64,000 nt of DNA from Macrostomum lignano (lineage: Eukaryota). The stretch is from positions 620,001 to 684,000 of the forward strand of contig NIVC01000032.1 of assembly GCA_002269645.1 (NCBI GenBank), given 5' to 3'. Below are positions 24,234 to 36,561 of this stretch, piece after piece (position 1 is the first letter of the stretch; each line of letters starts with the position of its first letter). The notes beneath the pieces are model-generated. The model was not told the origin of the DNA. It made no database searches and saw only the letters and a list, made by a program, of their open reading frames with translations. The position numbers and the translations under genes are program-made.

Positions 24234-24365
24234 AAGTACAGCATCAGAGGTAGCGCCATTGACGACTGCTGCTGCGCGATGTGCTGCTCGGCCTGCACCG
24301 CCTGCCAGATTAAACGAGAGCTCGACTACATTGAGCGATCCACCGGTCTGGCCGCGTTTGCTTAG
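24234..24365 (+). pseudogene. PLAC8: 3' remnant of a second PLAC8 copy (KYSIRGSAIDD...AAFA*)
   Basis: 129/132 nt identical to 8700-8831. The 5' two-thirds of the gene is absent. A homologous but diverged 3' flank follows (24366-24623 vs 8832-9089). Confidence 0.92.
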
Positions 24366-24641
24366 AATAAGGAGCAAGATTAAAACAAAAATAATGTCAA
24401 TTTACCGTCGTAAAACAATACTTTGTTACTAAGTATCAATTAGCATTCACATGCCATCCAACTTGTGAAAGTAACACTTTCTGATTATCAACCTCGCGCG
24501 TGAAAACAACTGAATTTTTTCTCGCGTCATTTTTCCGAAACAAATACCAGCCTTTAAGTATACTCTATAGATTAATTGCGATCACACCATAATTGCGGTG
24601 ACCCTAACATTATCTAGTGGTCCAAATAGACTAAAACTTTA

Positions 24642-24918
24642 CCCTAGCCCTCGGTACATCTAGCCCTTTGTACACCTAGCCTTCTGTACACCTAGCCCTC
24701 TGTACACCTAGCCTTCTGTACACCTAGCCCTCTGTACACCTAGCCTTCTGTACACCTAGCCCTCTGTACACCTAGCCTTCTGTACACCTAGCCCTCTGTA
24801 CACCTAGCCTTCTGTACACCTAGCCCTCTGTACACCTAGCCTTCTGTACACCTAGCCCTCTGTACACCTAGCCTTCTGTACACCTAGCCCTCTGTACACC
24901 ATAACCTCTCTGTACACC
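24642..24918. repeat. 16-bp minisatellite CTGTACACCTAGCC(T/C)T (array S')
   Basis: Alternating CCTT/CCCT variants give a 32-bp dimer; same family as 12085-12593. Confidence 0.92.
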
Positions 24919-26099
24919 AATAGCCATAGCAAATGTGTTAGTAACTTTAAGAAAATTAATTTTGACCTTTAGAGATTGTAAATTTCCACCTGTTGATCAG
25001 CAAGTCTTGCGTCTTCGACAATCAAGCCAACTGATAATGAAAAAAACTCATTTTGCAACCCCCAGAGTGACGCACGACCCCTCATCATCAGTTTACAATC
25101 CTCATTAATTAATTCCCAAATTTTCCGAGCAACAAAATTATGCGCTGGTGTCCTACTAACAGTAGCATCGGTATACTTAAGGTACGCGAAATATGTCATG
25201 ATTCTCATCTAAAATAGTTCTATTGGTAACTATAACACTTACTGTAAAATCGTCTGTTATACTGTAATAATGTCTGTTTTACTGTATCAATATCCGTCCC
25301 ATCTCTGTTGGTGCAGTAGCTAGTATTTTTATTATACAATATATTAGACTGAAGTCTATCAGTATCTACTAAACCTTGTCATTCTTGTCTGTTATACAGT
25401 GCATTTTCTCCCCATATTTCATAAAGAATGGCACAGAAACCAATGTGACCAATGCAATGCTCCGGTGACAGTCTTGTCCGCTCGGCAAAAACGCATTCTT
25501 AGCTCGCGCAACACTACACGGCTGGGACCCCTGCTTTCCTGTTCCACACTCGTACATCATTTTCCAGTGTGGACAAAGCAAAAGCGCCCCCCCCCACACA
25601 CACACACAACACACGAAAATATTAATAAACTCAGCAAAACCCTCTCTTGTGAAAGAAAGAATTAAGGGTATTAGCGCTTGGGGAAAAAGAAAATCGCTGT
25701 TTTGCTGGCAGTTGCAGTTGCAGTTTTTTTTCGCTTTTCCTAAGAAACTGCGGATTATAACTGGCTAATCCAAGCCGCAACTCGCCTTCTTTCCTGAAAC
25801 AAAAACAAAAATGCAGCTTGACCGGGAAAAAAATCTTTGGATAGAAGTTTAGCTAAAAAGGCGCATTTTTTAACTCTGAGGCTAATTTCTATATAGGGAA
25901 TTCTCAAATTCTACTAAAGAACCTGGCACGTTTCTTTGAGAAGCGACTTAAGCCTTATAAAGTGCTTCTTAAAATACTGGGAAAAAGCAAAAACTAATTT
26001 AGAAATTGATTTCTAAGCTCGAGTGTTGAGATAGAATAGATTGGAGTGGGAATAAGGGAGTTAGGGAGGTAAAGAGCTATGCAAAGGAGATAAAAAGAT

Positions 26100-26905
26100 G
26101 GTGGGAGAGCTGTGGAGATGGAGAGTGAGATGAGGAGTTGGAGAGTGCAATGGGGAGATGGACAGGGAGATGGGGAGAAGGAGAGTGCGATGTGGAGATG
26201 GAGAGTGAGATGCGGAGATGGAGGGGGAGATCAGGAGATGGAGAGTGAGATGGGGAGATGAAGGGGGAGATCAGGAGATGGAGGGTGAGATGAGGAGATG
26301 AAGAGTGAGATGGGGAGATTGAGAGTGATATGGGGAGATGGAGAGTGAGATGGGGAGATGGAGAGTGAGATGGGGAGATGGAGAGTGAGATGGGGAGATG
26401 GAGAGTGAGATGGGGAGATGGAGAGTGAGATGGGGAGATGGAGAGTGAGATGGGGAGATGGAGAGTGAGATGGGGAGATGGAGAGTGAGATGAGGAGATG
26501 GAGAGTGAGATGAGGAGATGGAGAGTGAGATGTGGAGATGGAGAGTGAGATGGGGAGATAGAGAGTGAGATGTGGAGATGGACGGTGAGATGCGGAGATG
26601 GAGGGGGAGATCAGGAGATGGAGAGTGAGATGGATAGATGAAGGGGGAGATCAGGAGGCGAGATGGAGGGTGAGATTGGGAAAGGAAGAAAGAGATGAGG
26701 AGATGGAGAGTGAGATGGGGAGATGGAGAGTGAGATGAGGAGATGGAGAGTGAGATGAGGAGATGGAGAGTGAGATGAGGAGATGGAGAGTGAGATGAAG
26801 AGACGGGGAGTGAGATGGGTAGATGTAAAGTGAGATGAGTAGATAGATAGTGATATGAAGAGATAGATAGTGAGATGGGGAGATGGAGAGTGAGATGCGG
26901 AGCAG
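26100..26905. repeat. Purine-rich 20-bp minisatellite GAGATGGAGAGTGAGATGGG
   Basis: Tandem array with a homogeneous core at 26330-26520. Confidence 0.92.
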
Positions 26906-27659
26906 ATGATGGGGTTTCATAAACTTGTTTTCCGGTTTTGGGGATCTGATGATGAGCAACTCCCTCCCCCCAATCTAACCCCCGGATACGAAGCTGAGGC
27001 TGGAAGTGAAAAAAACAAATCGCATCTTCGTGACTCTCTGCCAATATCTGGATTGGCTGCAGTTCCTATTGCACTGCTTTTTGATTTTTTTCTCGTAGAT
27101 CAATCATTTTTTTCAAGAAAAGTCTCTCGTTATCGGAACTGTTCGAGGCAACTCAAAACGAGGGCTTGTAGCTACTCTCTCTCTCTCCTTAACTCAGCCA
27201 TAACTCAAGTCTTCTTTGAAAAAATTCCGACTGTGAGCACTGTTGAATGATACGGTGTATGAGCTGGGAATTAACTGTCCGAAATCAACACCGAATTCCC
27301 AACTAGCATAGAAAATGATCGATGCAATGAGATTATTGCCCAAGGATCGGTCATCCTTCTTATCAGCTGGGCACTGGGTTGAGGGAGGAGGCGGCTGGGT
27401 AACTCGTATGGGAGCGTCAGGATTGTAAAACCATGTTTTATAGAGTTGCTACTCCGCACGTGTGCTCAATATAAGCTAATCTGATTAGATCTGAGGGTGG
27501 AACTAAGGTTGGCTTCGGCCTGAGCATGGGCGCGAGCGGCCGCTATCCTGCCTAACCATCTGGGTTGCATTTTCTGACCCTGACTTGTTCACTTCCTGTC
27601 TTACTCTTCTCCTTTACCCTCTCTACTCGAGTCTTCACCCTCTTTCTCTCCTCCTAGTC

Positions 27660-28275
27660 ATACCCTATCTCAGTCATCACCCTCTCAGTCATCACCCACT
27701 TTTAGTCATCACCATCTCCCAGTCATCTCCCTCTCCCAGTCATCACCATCTCCCAGTCATCACCATCTCCCAGTCATCACCCTCTCCCAGTCATCACCAT
27801 CTCCCAGTCATCACCATCTCCCAGTCATCTCCCTCTCCCAGTCATCACCATCTCCCAGTCATCACCATCTCCCAGTCATCACCCTCTCCCAGTCATCACC
27901 ATCTCCCAGTCATCACCCTCTCCCAGTCATCACCATCTCCCAGTCATCACCATCTCCCAGTCATCACCATCTTCCAGTCATCACCCTCTCCCAGTCATCA
28001 CCATCTTCCAGTCATCACCCTCTGCCAGTCATCACCCTCTCCCAGTCATCACCCTCTCCCAGTCATCACCCTCTCTCAGTCATCACCCTCTCCCAGTCAT
28101 CACCCTCTCCCAGTCATCACCCTCTGCCAGTCATACCCTATCTCAGTCATCACCATCTCCCAGTCATCACCCTCTCTCAGTCATCACCCTCTCTCAGTCA
28201 TCACCATCTCTCGGTCATCACCCTCTGCCAGTCATACCCTCTCAGTCATCACCATCTCTCAGTCATCACCCTTTC
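27660..28275. repeat. 17-bp minisatellite CAGTCATCACC(A/C)TCTCC
   Basis: About 35 tandem units. Confidence 0.92.
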
Positions 28276-28661
28276 TTTAAGTTTTCAGTTAGTTTATTGA
28301 CGCAGACAATCAAAATTTTATTCTGGGTGTCAATTCTAAGAAAGACAAAAAGCATTGAGGTTTAAACTCTCTTATTGACAAGAAGCAGCGCTTTGTTTCT
28401 GGGAAAAACAGTCAGTCCACTATCCATCAAGCTAGCTGTTTATGCTGGTAATTAATCATCGAAGGCAAACCTGTTAGTCAAAAGATTGTTGAAATATTTA
28501 AAGGCGGTTTTTTAGTGCAAACTCAGTCGTAAACATTGATGCTGACTCTGTTAAATATCGCCATTGGCCATTAGAGCCACAATAAGTGACAGGTGTTTTG
28601 ACAGGTAAAAAACATTTTTAAGGTTACCTGGGTTTCTGTCTCAACACGTTAAGATGAAGAT

Positions 28662-29527
28662 GTAGTCAGGGATCTGTTCAAGCATGTTGTTAGGGATCTG
28701 TTCAAGCATGTTGTTAGGGATCTATTCAAGCATGTTGTCAGGGATCTGTTCAAGCATGTTGTTAGGGATCTGTTCAAGCATGTCTTCAGGGATCTGTTCA
28801 AGCATGTTGTCAGGGATCTGTTGCAACATATTGTCAGGGATCTGTTGCAACATGTTGTCAGGGATCTGTTGCAACATATTGTCAGGGATCTGTTGCAACA
28901 TGTTGTCAGGGATCTGTTCCAATATGTTGTCAGGGATCTGTTCAAGCATGTAGTCAGGGATCTGTTCCAATATGTTGTCAGGGATCTGTTCAAGCATGTA
29001 GTCAGGGATCTGTTCAAACATGTCGTCAGGGATCTGTTCAAGCATGTTGTCAGGGATCTGTTAAAGCATGTTGTCAGGGATGTGTTCCAACATCTTGTCA
29101 GGGATCTGTTCCAACATGTCGTCAGGGATCTGTTCAAGCATGTAGTCAGGGATCTGTTCAAACATGTAGTCAGGGATCTGTTCAAGCATGTAGTCAGGGA
29201 TCTGTTCAAGCATGTAGTCAGGGATCTGTTCCAACATGTCGTCAGGGATCTGTTCAAGCATGTAGTCAGGGATCTGTTCAAACATGTAGTCAGGGATCTG
29301 TTCAAGCATGTAGTCAGGGATCTGTTGCAACATGTTGTCAGGGATCTGTTCAAGCATGTAGTCAGGGATCTGTTCAAGCATGTAGTCAGGGATCTGTTCA
29401 AACATGTCGTCAGGGATCTGTTCAAGCATGTTGTCAGGGATCTGTTCAAGCATGTTGTCAGGGATCTGTTCAAGCATGTTGTCAGGGATCTGTTCAAGCA
29501 TGTTGTCAGGGATCTGTTCCAACATGT
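28662..29527. repeat. 24-bp minisatellite GTCAGGGATCTGTTCAAGCATGTT
   Basis: About 36 tandem units; gives spurious 8-aa repeat ORFs in several frames. Confidence 0.94.
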
Positions 29528-29983
29528 TTTATATAAAGCTTAAGATAAATTCAAATATTGAAATTGAAATTCAGTACATCATCTTTAATTTTATTTTATG
29601 TCGCCTTGGCAGAAAGCTTAATTTTAGCGCAGTGCTGTCAACATGGAAGCAGATTGCCTCTAATTGAGGTTAAGTCGTTTATTGAACTAGTCGTTTTAGA
29701 GCTAGTTGAAACATCCAGCTATTAGGCCAGTTCGGCGTCAAATTTTGAGGCCAGAAGTTATAATTTTGTCCACTTGACATAAGGATATGAAATATAAGAA
29801 AGAACATCAAAGGAATCTTATGTTCGACAGAGGACGCACAGATCCTTGGAGATTTTACCAAATTAGATTGAGCTGACGAGACCAAAGCTTTGTGAAGAGA
29901 ACATGAAGACCAACAGTGGAAATATAAAATGGTCGATGATTTACAAAATGCTAAAGCGCTGAGGCAATTGTACCCTGACTCCT

Positions 29984-30245
29984 GGGAGCGGTTGTAGCCT
30001 ATTGGTTAGAGCGACTTGAAGGTCGGGAGTTCTACTCCCGATCCAACTCGGAACAATTTGTGTCCTTGAGCAAGACACTTAACTCTGCATTGCCTCAGTT
30101 CACCCCAGCTGTAAAATGGGTGCCAGCATTAGCTGAGGTAATTGGGGGAGCGTGGCGACCCCCAGTCCTTGAACTGAGCAGCAATAGCTGCGGCTGAGCT
30201 GTCGGTTGTATATCTGGCCCAACTGGGGTAGGTGTAACTATTTAT
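29984..30245 (+). mobile_element. tRNA-headed CORE-SINE (MIR-like core)
   Basis: A box TAGCCTATTGG at 29995-30005 and B-box-like GAGTTCTACTCC at 30027-30038. Then GTGTCCTTGAGCAAGACACTTAAC...TGCCTCAGTTCACCCCAGCTGTAAAATGGG, which aligns to the MIR/CORE domain. The 3' end is uncertain. Confidence 0.8.
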
Positions 30246-31004
30246 GTAACTAACCACTTACCAGTTTTTGTGCTCAAAAGTACCCAAAATAATGTGGTCG
30301 CGACCGGAACTGAAGCAGGATTGGCGGAGCGAGAGCTCACACGTGTTTACCATTGAGCTTTTCTGCTCCTGATGTATTCTGTTCATTAGAATTTGAGTCT
30401 AGCATGTCCCGACGCGAGGTACCTAAGCTTGGGTTCAATAAGTTACGTCGGTAATCAAAGCCTCAGCCACCAGCATCTCTCATAAGTGATTTTTTATTCC
30501 CCTTAGGGATGCTGCATAGAACGAAGGCAAACAGCAAATACTAGTTAGCTATGGAATAGTATGCAGAGGCCGAGGGCCAGATGCCAGGTAGATAATATTA
30601 TAGGGGACCCCGGAAGCTGGGAACGAAATTTCCAGTTGACGTATTCTCAAATGACGGGCGCAAACAAAACAAGCTTAACAACCGGGGCACAAGCTGAAAT
30701 ATGATGCTACGACACGGAACAGATGGGAGCCGATACAGTTATAATCCATTCCTATGTATTTTTATTTGATATTCAAGTTGTCAAATCAAAGCGATTTCTT
30801 GTTTTTGTTGGTAATAAAATTGTAAATTTAACAGCATCGCGTTTGAGAAGCTATAAGCTCGGATTACAGGTAAAATTTGAAACTTTTTCCAGCTAAAGCT
30901 TAATTAATTTGTGAAATTAGAATTGAAAATGAAAAGAACATTTAAATGAGACTCCGACGCAAGCTATAATGACAGTGTCTGTACTGAGGTAAATATAGGT
31001 GTCA

Positions 31005-31912
31005 ATGAACTCCAACTGGGGTGAATCTAGGTGCTAATGGACTCTAAATGAGGTGAATCTCAAGTGCTAGTGAACTCCAACTGAGGTGAATCTCAAGTGC
31101 TAGTGAACTCCAACTGAGATGAATCTCAAGTGCTAGTGAACTCCGACTGAGGTGAATCTCAAGTGCTAGTGAACTCCGACTGAGGTGAATCTCAAGTGCT
31201 AGTGAACTCCGACTGAGGTGAATCTCAAGTGCTAGTGAACTCCGACTGAGGTGAATCTAGGTGAATGAACTCTTAATGAGATGAATCTCAAGTGCTAGTG
31301 AACTCCAACTGAGGTGAATCTCAAGTGCTAGTGAACTCCAACTGAGGTGAATCTCAAGTGCTAGTGAACTCCAACTGAGGTGAATCTCAAGTGCTAGTGA
31401 ACTCCAACTGAGGTGAATCTAGGTATGAATGAACTCCAACTGAGATGAATCTCAAGTGCTAGTGAACTCCGACTGAGGTGAATCTCAAGTGCTAGTGAAC
31501 TCCGACTGAGGTGAATCTCAAGTGCTAGTGAACTCCGACTGAGGTGAATCTAGGTGAATGAACTCTTAATGAGATGAATCTCAAGTGCTAGTGAACTCCA
31601 ACTGAGGTGAATCTCAAGTGCTAGTGAACTCCAACTGAGATGAATCTCAAGTGCTAGTGAACTCCAACTGAGGTGAATCTCAAGTGCTAGTGAACTCCAA
31701 CTGAGGTGAATCTAGGTATGAATGAACTCCAACTGAGATGAATCTCAAGTGCTAGTGAACTCCAACTGAGGTGAATCTCAAGTGCTAGTGAACTCCAACT
31801 GAGGTGAATCTCAAGTGCTAGTGAACTCCAACTGAGGTGAATCTCAAGTGCTAGTGAACTCCGACTGAGGTGAATCTAGGTGAATGAACTCTTAATGAGA
31901 TGAATCTCAAGG
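31005..31912. repeat. 33-bp minisatellite GAGGTGAATCTCAAGTGCTAGTGAACTCCAACT
   Basis: About 28 units with periodic shorter variant units. Confidence 0.93.
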
Positions 31913-32063
31913 TGAGATGAGATGCTTGTACAACAAACTTAACCGACAGCTCAAACTTTCTAAAGCGAAAACATTGCATGGAGATAGGTAATGCCGATGA
32001 TTTTTAATGTCGTCACAATTTTCAATCAAGTCAGCTTGATAAAGACGTTTTATCGAGCAAACA

Positions 32064-35000
32064 TCAGTTATTATCATTGGACTGATGAAGCATGGCGGTC
32101 AGCTCCAGACTCTCAGCAGGTGGTACTTCTTCGTGGCTGGCCTCAGCTTCCATAGTATTGTCTTGTCCTAGGTAGTCTTTCATAGCCTCTGGATGTTTGG
32201 CTACAGACCGGTGCTTCGCCTCTGGAGCAGCCGGTTCCGCGTTTCTGGGCAGCCAGGTGAGAAAAATAGCCGAGAACGTGTCACGAAACTGCTTCGACAT
32301 TGAGGTGTACAGCACAAAATTGACGCTGTTGTTAATCAGCGACAGAAGGTCCAGCAGGTCGCCTAGCGGAGTGTAGACGTTGTCTTCAAACGAATCGGAC
32401 ACGAAGCACAGCAACGACATGACACCCTGCGGCAGCTCGGTGATGAGGAACACGATCACAATGGCCAGCAACATTCGGGTGGTTCGTTGCTCTCGCTTGT
32501 CCGCTCGCTGCTCTCTTCGACCGGCCGGGACGCCGTTGTTGGACGGACTGGCGGCTGCTGCGGCGGCCGCGGCGGCGACCGCGGCTGGGTTCCTGTTCAG
32601 CAGCTTACGCCGGCGTCTGGCCGACTTCGACAGCTGACCGATAAGCAGCACGGTCATGGCGCTGAGCATGAGGCAGGGCAGGATCTTGTATAATATGGCT
32701 ATTGTCCAATAGTTGCTCAGCACCAGAGTGTCGCTAACCCGCTGAGCCGCGTCGATAAAGTACAGAGTGGCGTTGGTGACAGGAGATCGGCAGGCCCTAG
32801 GCGCGTTGACTAGGTAATTCGGTATGCTAGTCAGGCAGCACGCGATGCAGATGGCAGCGATACAGATTGACACGTTCCTGTGGCTGGCAAGCCTCGCTCC
32901 AGTGGTCGGAAATGCGATGTACAGGTAGCGGAACACGGCCAGGGCCACGGTGAGCCAGCAGGCGGTTGTGTGCAGCACCAGCACCAGGCTGATGGTGAAC
33001 AGAGAGTACAGAATCCAGCCGTACTGCTGCGTGTGCGGCTCTGCGAGTTCGGCGGGGACTCCTCGACGACCGGTCGGATTTTTCAAGGTGAAGTGAGCCA
33101 CCTGGCGTTGGGGCGTTGAAGGGTAACTACAGGTGAGCTAGTTCTTTAATTATTGGTTATGCATTGGTGTAATTACTGAGCTAAGATACTAGAGTCAGTG
33201 GTGTAGCCAGTGAGGGGGTAGCCTCTCACCTCTGACGGTATTGCGGCTGGGTGACTGACGTCTCTGGTGCTGACATCTACTCAAATAAACTGACGTCTCT
33301 GGTGCTGACATCTACTCAAATAAACTGACGTCTCTGGTGCTGACATCTACTCAAATAAACTGACGTCTCTGGTGCTGACATCTACTCAAATAAACTGACG
33401 TCTCTGGTGCTGACATCTACTCAAATAAACTGACGTCTCTGTTGCTGACATCTACTCAAATAAACTGACATCTCTGGTGCTGACATCTACTCAAATAAAC
33501 TGACGTCTCTGGTGGTGACATCTACTCAAATAAACTGACGTCTCTGGTGCTGACATCTACTCAAATAAACTGACGTCTCTGATGCTGACATCTACTCAAA
33601 TAAACTGACGTCTCTGGCGCTGACATCTACTCAAATAAACTGACGTCTCTGATGCTGACATCTACTAAAATAAACTGACGTCTCTGATGCTGACATCTAC
33701 TCAAATAAACTGACGTCTCTGATGCTGACATCTACTCAAATAAACTGACGTCTCTGGTGCTGACATCTACTCAAATAAACTGACGTCTCTGTTGCTGACA
33801 TCTACTCAAATAAACTGACGTCTCTGATACTGACATCTACTCAAATAAACTGACGTCTCTGGTGCTGACATCTACTCAAATAAACTGACGTCTTTGATAC
33901 TGACATCTACTCAAATAAACTGACGTCTCTGGTGCTGACATCTACTCAAATAAACTGACGTCTCTGATGCTGACATCTACTCAAATAAACTGACGTCTCT
34001 GATGCTGACATCTACTAAAATAAACTGACGTCTCTGGCGCTGACATCTACTCAAATAAACTGACGTCTTTGATACTGACATCTACTCAAATAAACTGACG
34101 TCTCTGGTGCTGACATCTACTCAAATAAACTGACGTCTCTGTTGCTGACATCTACTCAAATAAACTGACATCTCTGGTGCTGACATCTACTCAAATAAAC
34201 TGACGTCTCTGGTGGTGACATCTACTCAAATAAACTGACGTCTCTGGTGCTGACATCTACTCAAATAAACTGACGTCTCTGATGCTGACATCTACTCAAA
34301 TAAACTGACGTCTCTGGTGCTGACATCTACTAAAATAAACTGACGTCTCTGATGCTGACATCTACTCAAATAAACTGACGTCTCTGATGCTGACATCTAC
34401 TCAAATAAACTGACGTCTCTGATGCTGACATCTACTCAAATAAACTGACGTCTCTGATGCTGACATCTACTCAAATAAACTGACGTCTCTGATGCTGACA
34501 TCTACTCAAATAAACTGACGTCTCTGATGCTGAAATCTACTCAAATAAACTGACGTCTCTGATGCTGACATCTACTCAAATAAACTGACGTCTCTGATGC
34601 TGACATCTACTCAAATAAACTGACGTCTCTGATGCTGACATCTACTCAAATAAACTGACGTCTCTGATGCTGACATCTACTCAAATAAACTGACGTCTCT
34701 GATGCTGACATCTACTCAAATAAACTGACGTCTCTGATGCTGACATCTACTCAAATAAACTGACGTCTCTGATGCTGACATCTACTCAAATAAACTGACG
34801 TCTCTGATGCTGACATCTACTCAAATAAACTGACGTCTTTGATACTGACATCTACTCATATAAACTGACGTCTCTGGTGCTGACATCTACTCAAATAAAC
34901 TGACGTCTTTGATACTGACATCTACTCAAATAAACTGACGTCTCTGATACTGACATCTACTCAAATAAACTGACGTCTCTGGCGCTGACATCTACTCAAA

Positions 35001-36041
35001 TAAACTGACGTCTCTGGTGCTGACATCTACTCAAATAAACTGACGTCTCTGATACTGACATCTACTCAAATAAACTGACGTCTCTGGCGCTGACATCTAC
35101 TCAAATAAACTGACGTCTCTGGCGCTGACATCTACTCAAATAAACTGACGTCTCTGGCGCTGACATCTTCTCAAATAAACTGACGTCTCTGGCGCTGACA
35201 TCTACTCAAATAAACTGACGTCTCTGGTGCTGACATCTACTCAAATAAACTGACGTCTCTGATACTGACATCTACTCAAATAAACTGACGTCTCTGGCGC
35301 TGACATCTACTCAAATAAACTGACGTCTCTGATACTGACATCTACTCAAATAAACTGACGTCTCTGGCGCTGACATCTACTCAAATAAACTGACGTCTCT
35401 GATACTGACATCTACTCAAATAAACTGACGTCTCTGGCGCTGACATCTACTCAAATAAACTGACGTCTCTGATACTGACATCTACTCAAATAAACTGACG
35501 TCTCTGGCGCTGACATCTACTCAAATAAACTGACGTCTCTGGCGCTGACATCTACTCAAATAAACTGACGTCTCTGGCGCTGACATCTACTCAAATAAAC
35601 TGACGTCTCTGATACTGACATCTACTCAAATAAACTGACGTCTCTGGTGCTGACATCTACTCAAATAAACTGATACTTTATATCTTGTGCTGCAAATGAT
35701 TGAGGTACTTTATTCCTGTCAAGCAGTACTAGGCGCTTGTGAACTCCAATTCAGACGCAGCTCACCTGAAAGAAATAGGTCAGCATGGTGAACAGGTCAG
35801 CAGCTGCGACGGCAATCAAAATCCGATTGACCGAGCTAACGGACATGCTCTTCCTGGTGAGCACGGCGATGTTCGCCACGTTGGCAACAACCCCCAGCAG
35901 GCAGAGGGTGACGCTTACGTAGCCATGAACGGTGCCATAAATTTCCTGGAACCGCACCAATCCCAGGTGCACGGAGGGCACCGAAACTGACAAGTTGCTG
36001 CAACATCTCGTCAGGTCATCCAAGCTGATGGTGGCTCCCAT
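32064..36041 (-). CDS. Rhodopsin-class peptide GPCR, myosuppressin/FMRFamide receptor (DmsR/Srw-type)-like, about 437 aa; exons 36041-35766 and 33101-32064
   Basis: TM1 GVVANVANIAVL, TM2 AVAAADLF, TM3 WLTVALAVFRY, TM5 KILPC, TM6 RTTRMLL...ELPQG, TM7 NNSVNFVLY...SKQFR. Phase-0 GT-AG intron at 35765-33102. The start codon (36041, followed by an NLS sequon) is inferred. Confidence 0.92.
33255..35673. repeat. Intronic 35-bp minisatellite CTGACGTCTCTG(G/A)TGCTGACATCTACTCAAATAAA
   Basis: About 69 near-identical units filling about 90% of the GPCR intron. Confidence 0.96.
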
Positions 36042-36561
36042 AGCTGCAACTTTAGCGTAATTATGCCTCGTAACCTGTGCGGGCGCGTATCGGATATCAG
36101 CAGTTGCAGGATGATGTTCATATAGCATTAGAACGTGACTCGTATCCAATCTTAAGATAATTACAGGCACCGCTGCAAGTCCTAATGCGGGTAGAGCGCT
36201 AAGAGGAAGTAATGGGCTGCTATAACAGGAAGATGACTTGATGGGACTTTTTCAGCTTGAGGAGTGATGAACTGGATTGAATCGACAAGCGAAAATCCTA
36301 CTTCAGTTCGATGGAAATAGAAAATTCGCTGAAAAACGAGTCATTTAGCTGAGCAGTTCTGCCTAAACCATGGTTAAGTATCTATATTGTACCTATTGAG
36401 TGCTCAAAGCTGCTTTCCACTACATATATTCCAGTGCGTTTACTGCAGTTCTTTATCAGCAGTTTGGCCTAAATATTGTGCCCATACTGAACTGGATATG
36501 AACCGATGATATTCCATAATAAACTCCGCGTGATTTGCGTCTGTGACTCAAAAATTCAAGC

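Noticed and set aside
26271-28280. 257-aa and 231-aa His/Ser/Pro-rich ORFs
   Set aside because: Translations of the 20-bp and 17-bp minisatellites.
28649-29543. Repeat ORFs (NRSLTTCL, MLEQIPDN, HVVRDLFK)
   Set aside because: A 24-bp satellite open in several frames, with no splice or codon evidence for any one of them.
29984-30045. tRNA gene
   Set aside because: A and B boxes are present but the cloverleaf is incomplete and runs into a CORE domain, so it is a SINE head.
33255-35673. CRISPR-like periodicity in the 35-bp array (also the 33, 36, 40, 50 and 67 bp arrays)
   Set aside because: Units are head-to-tail with no unique spacers, no cas genes are present, and the context is eukaryotic introns.
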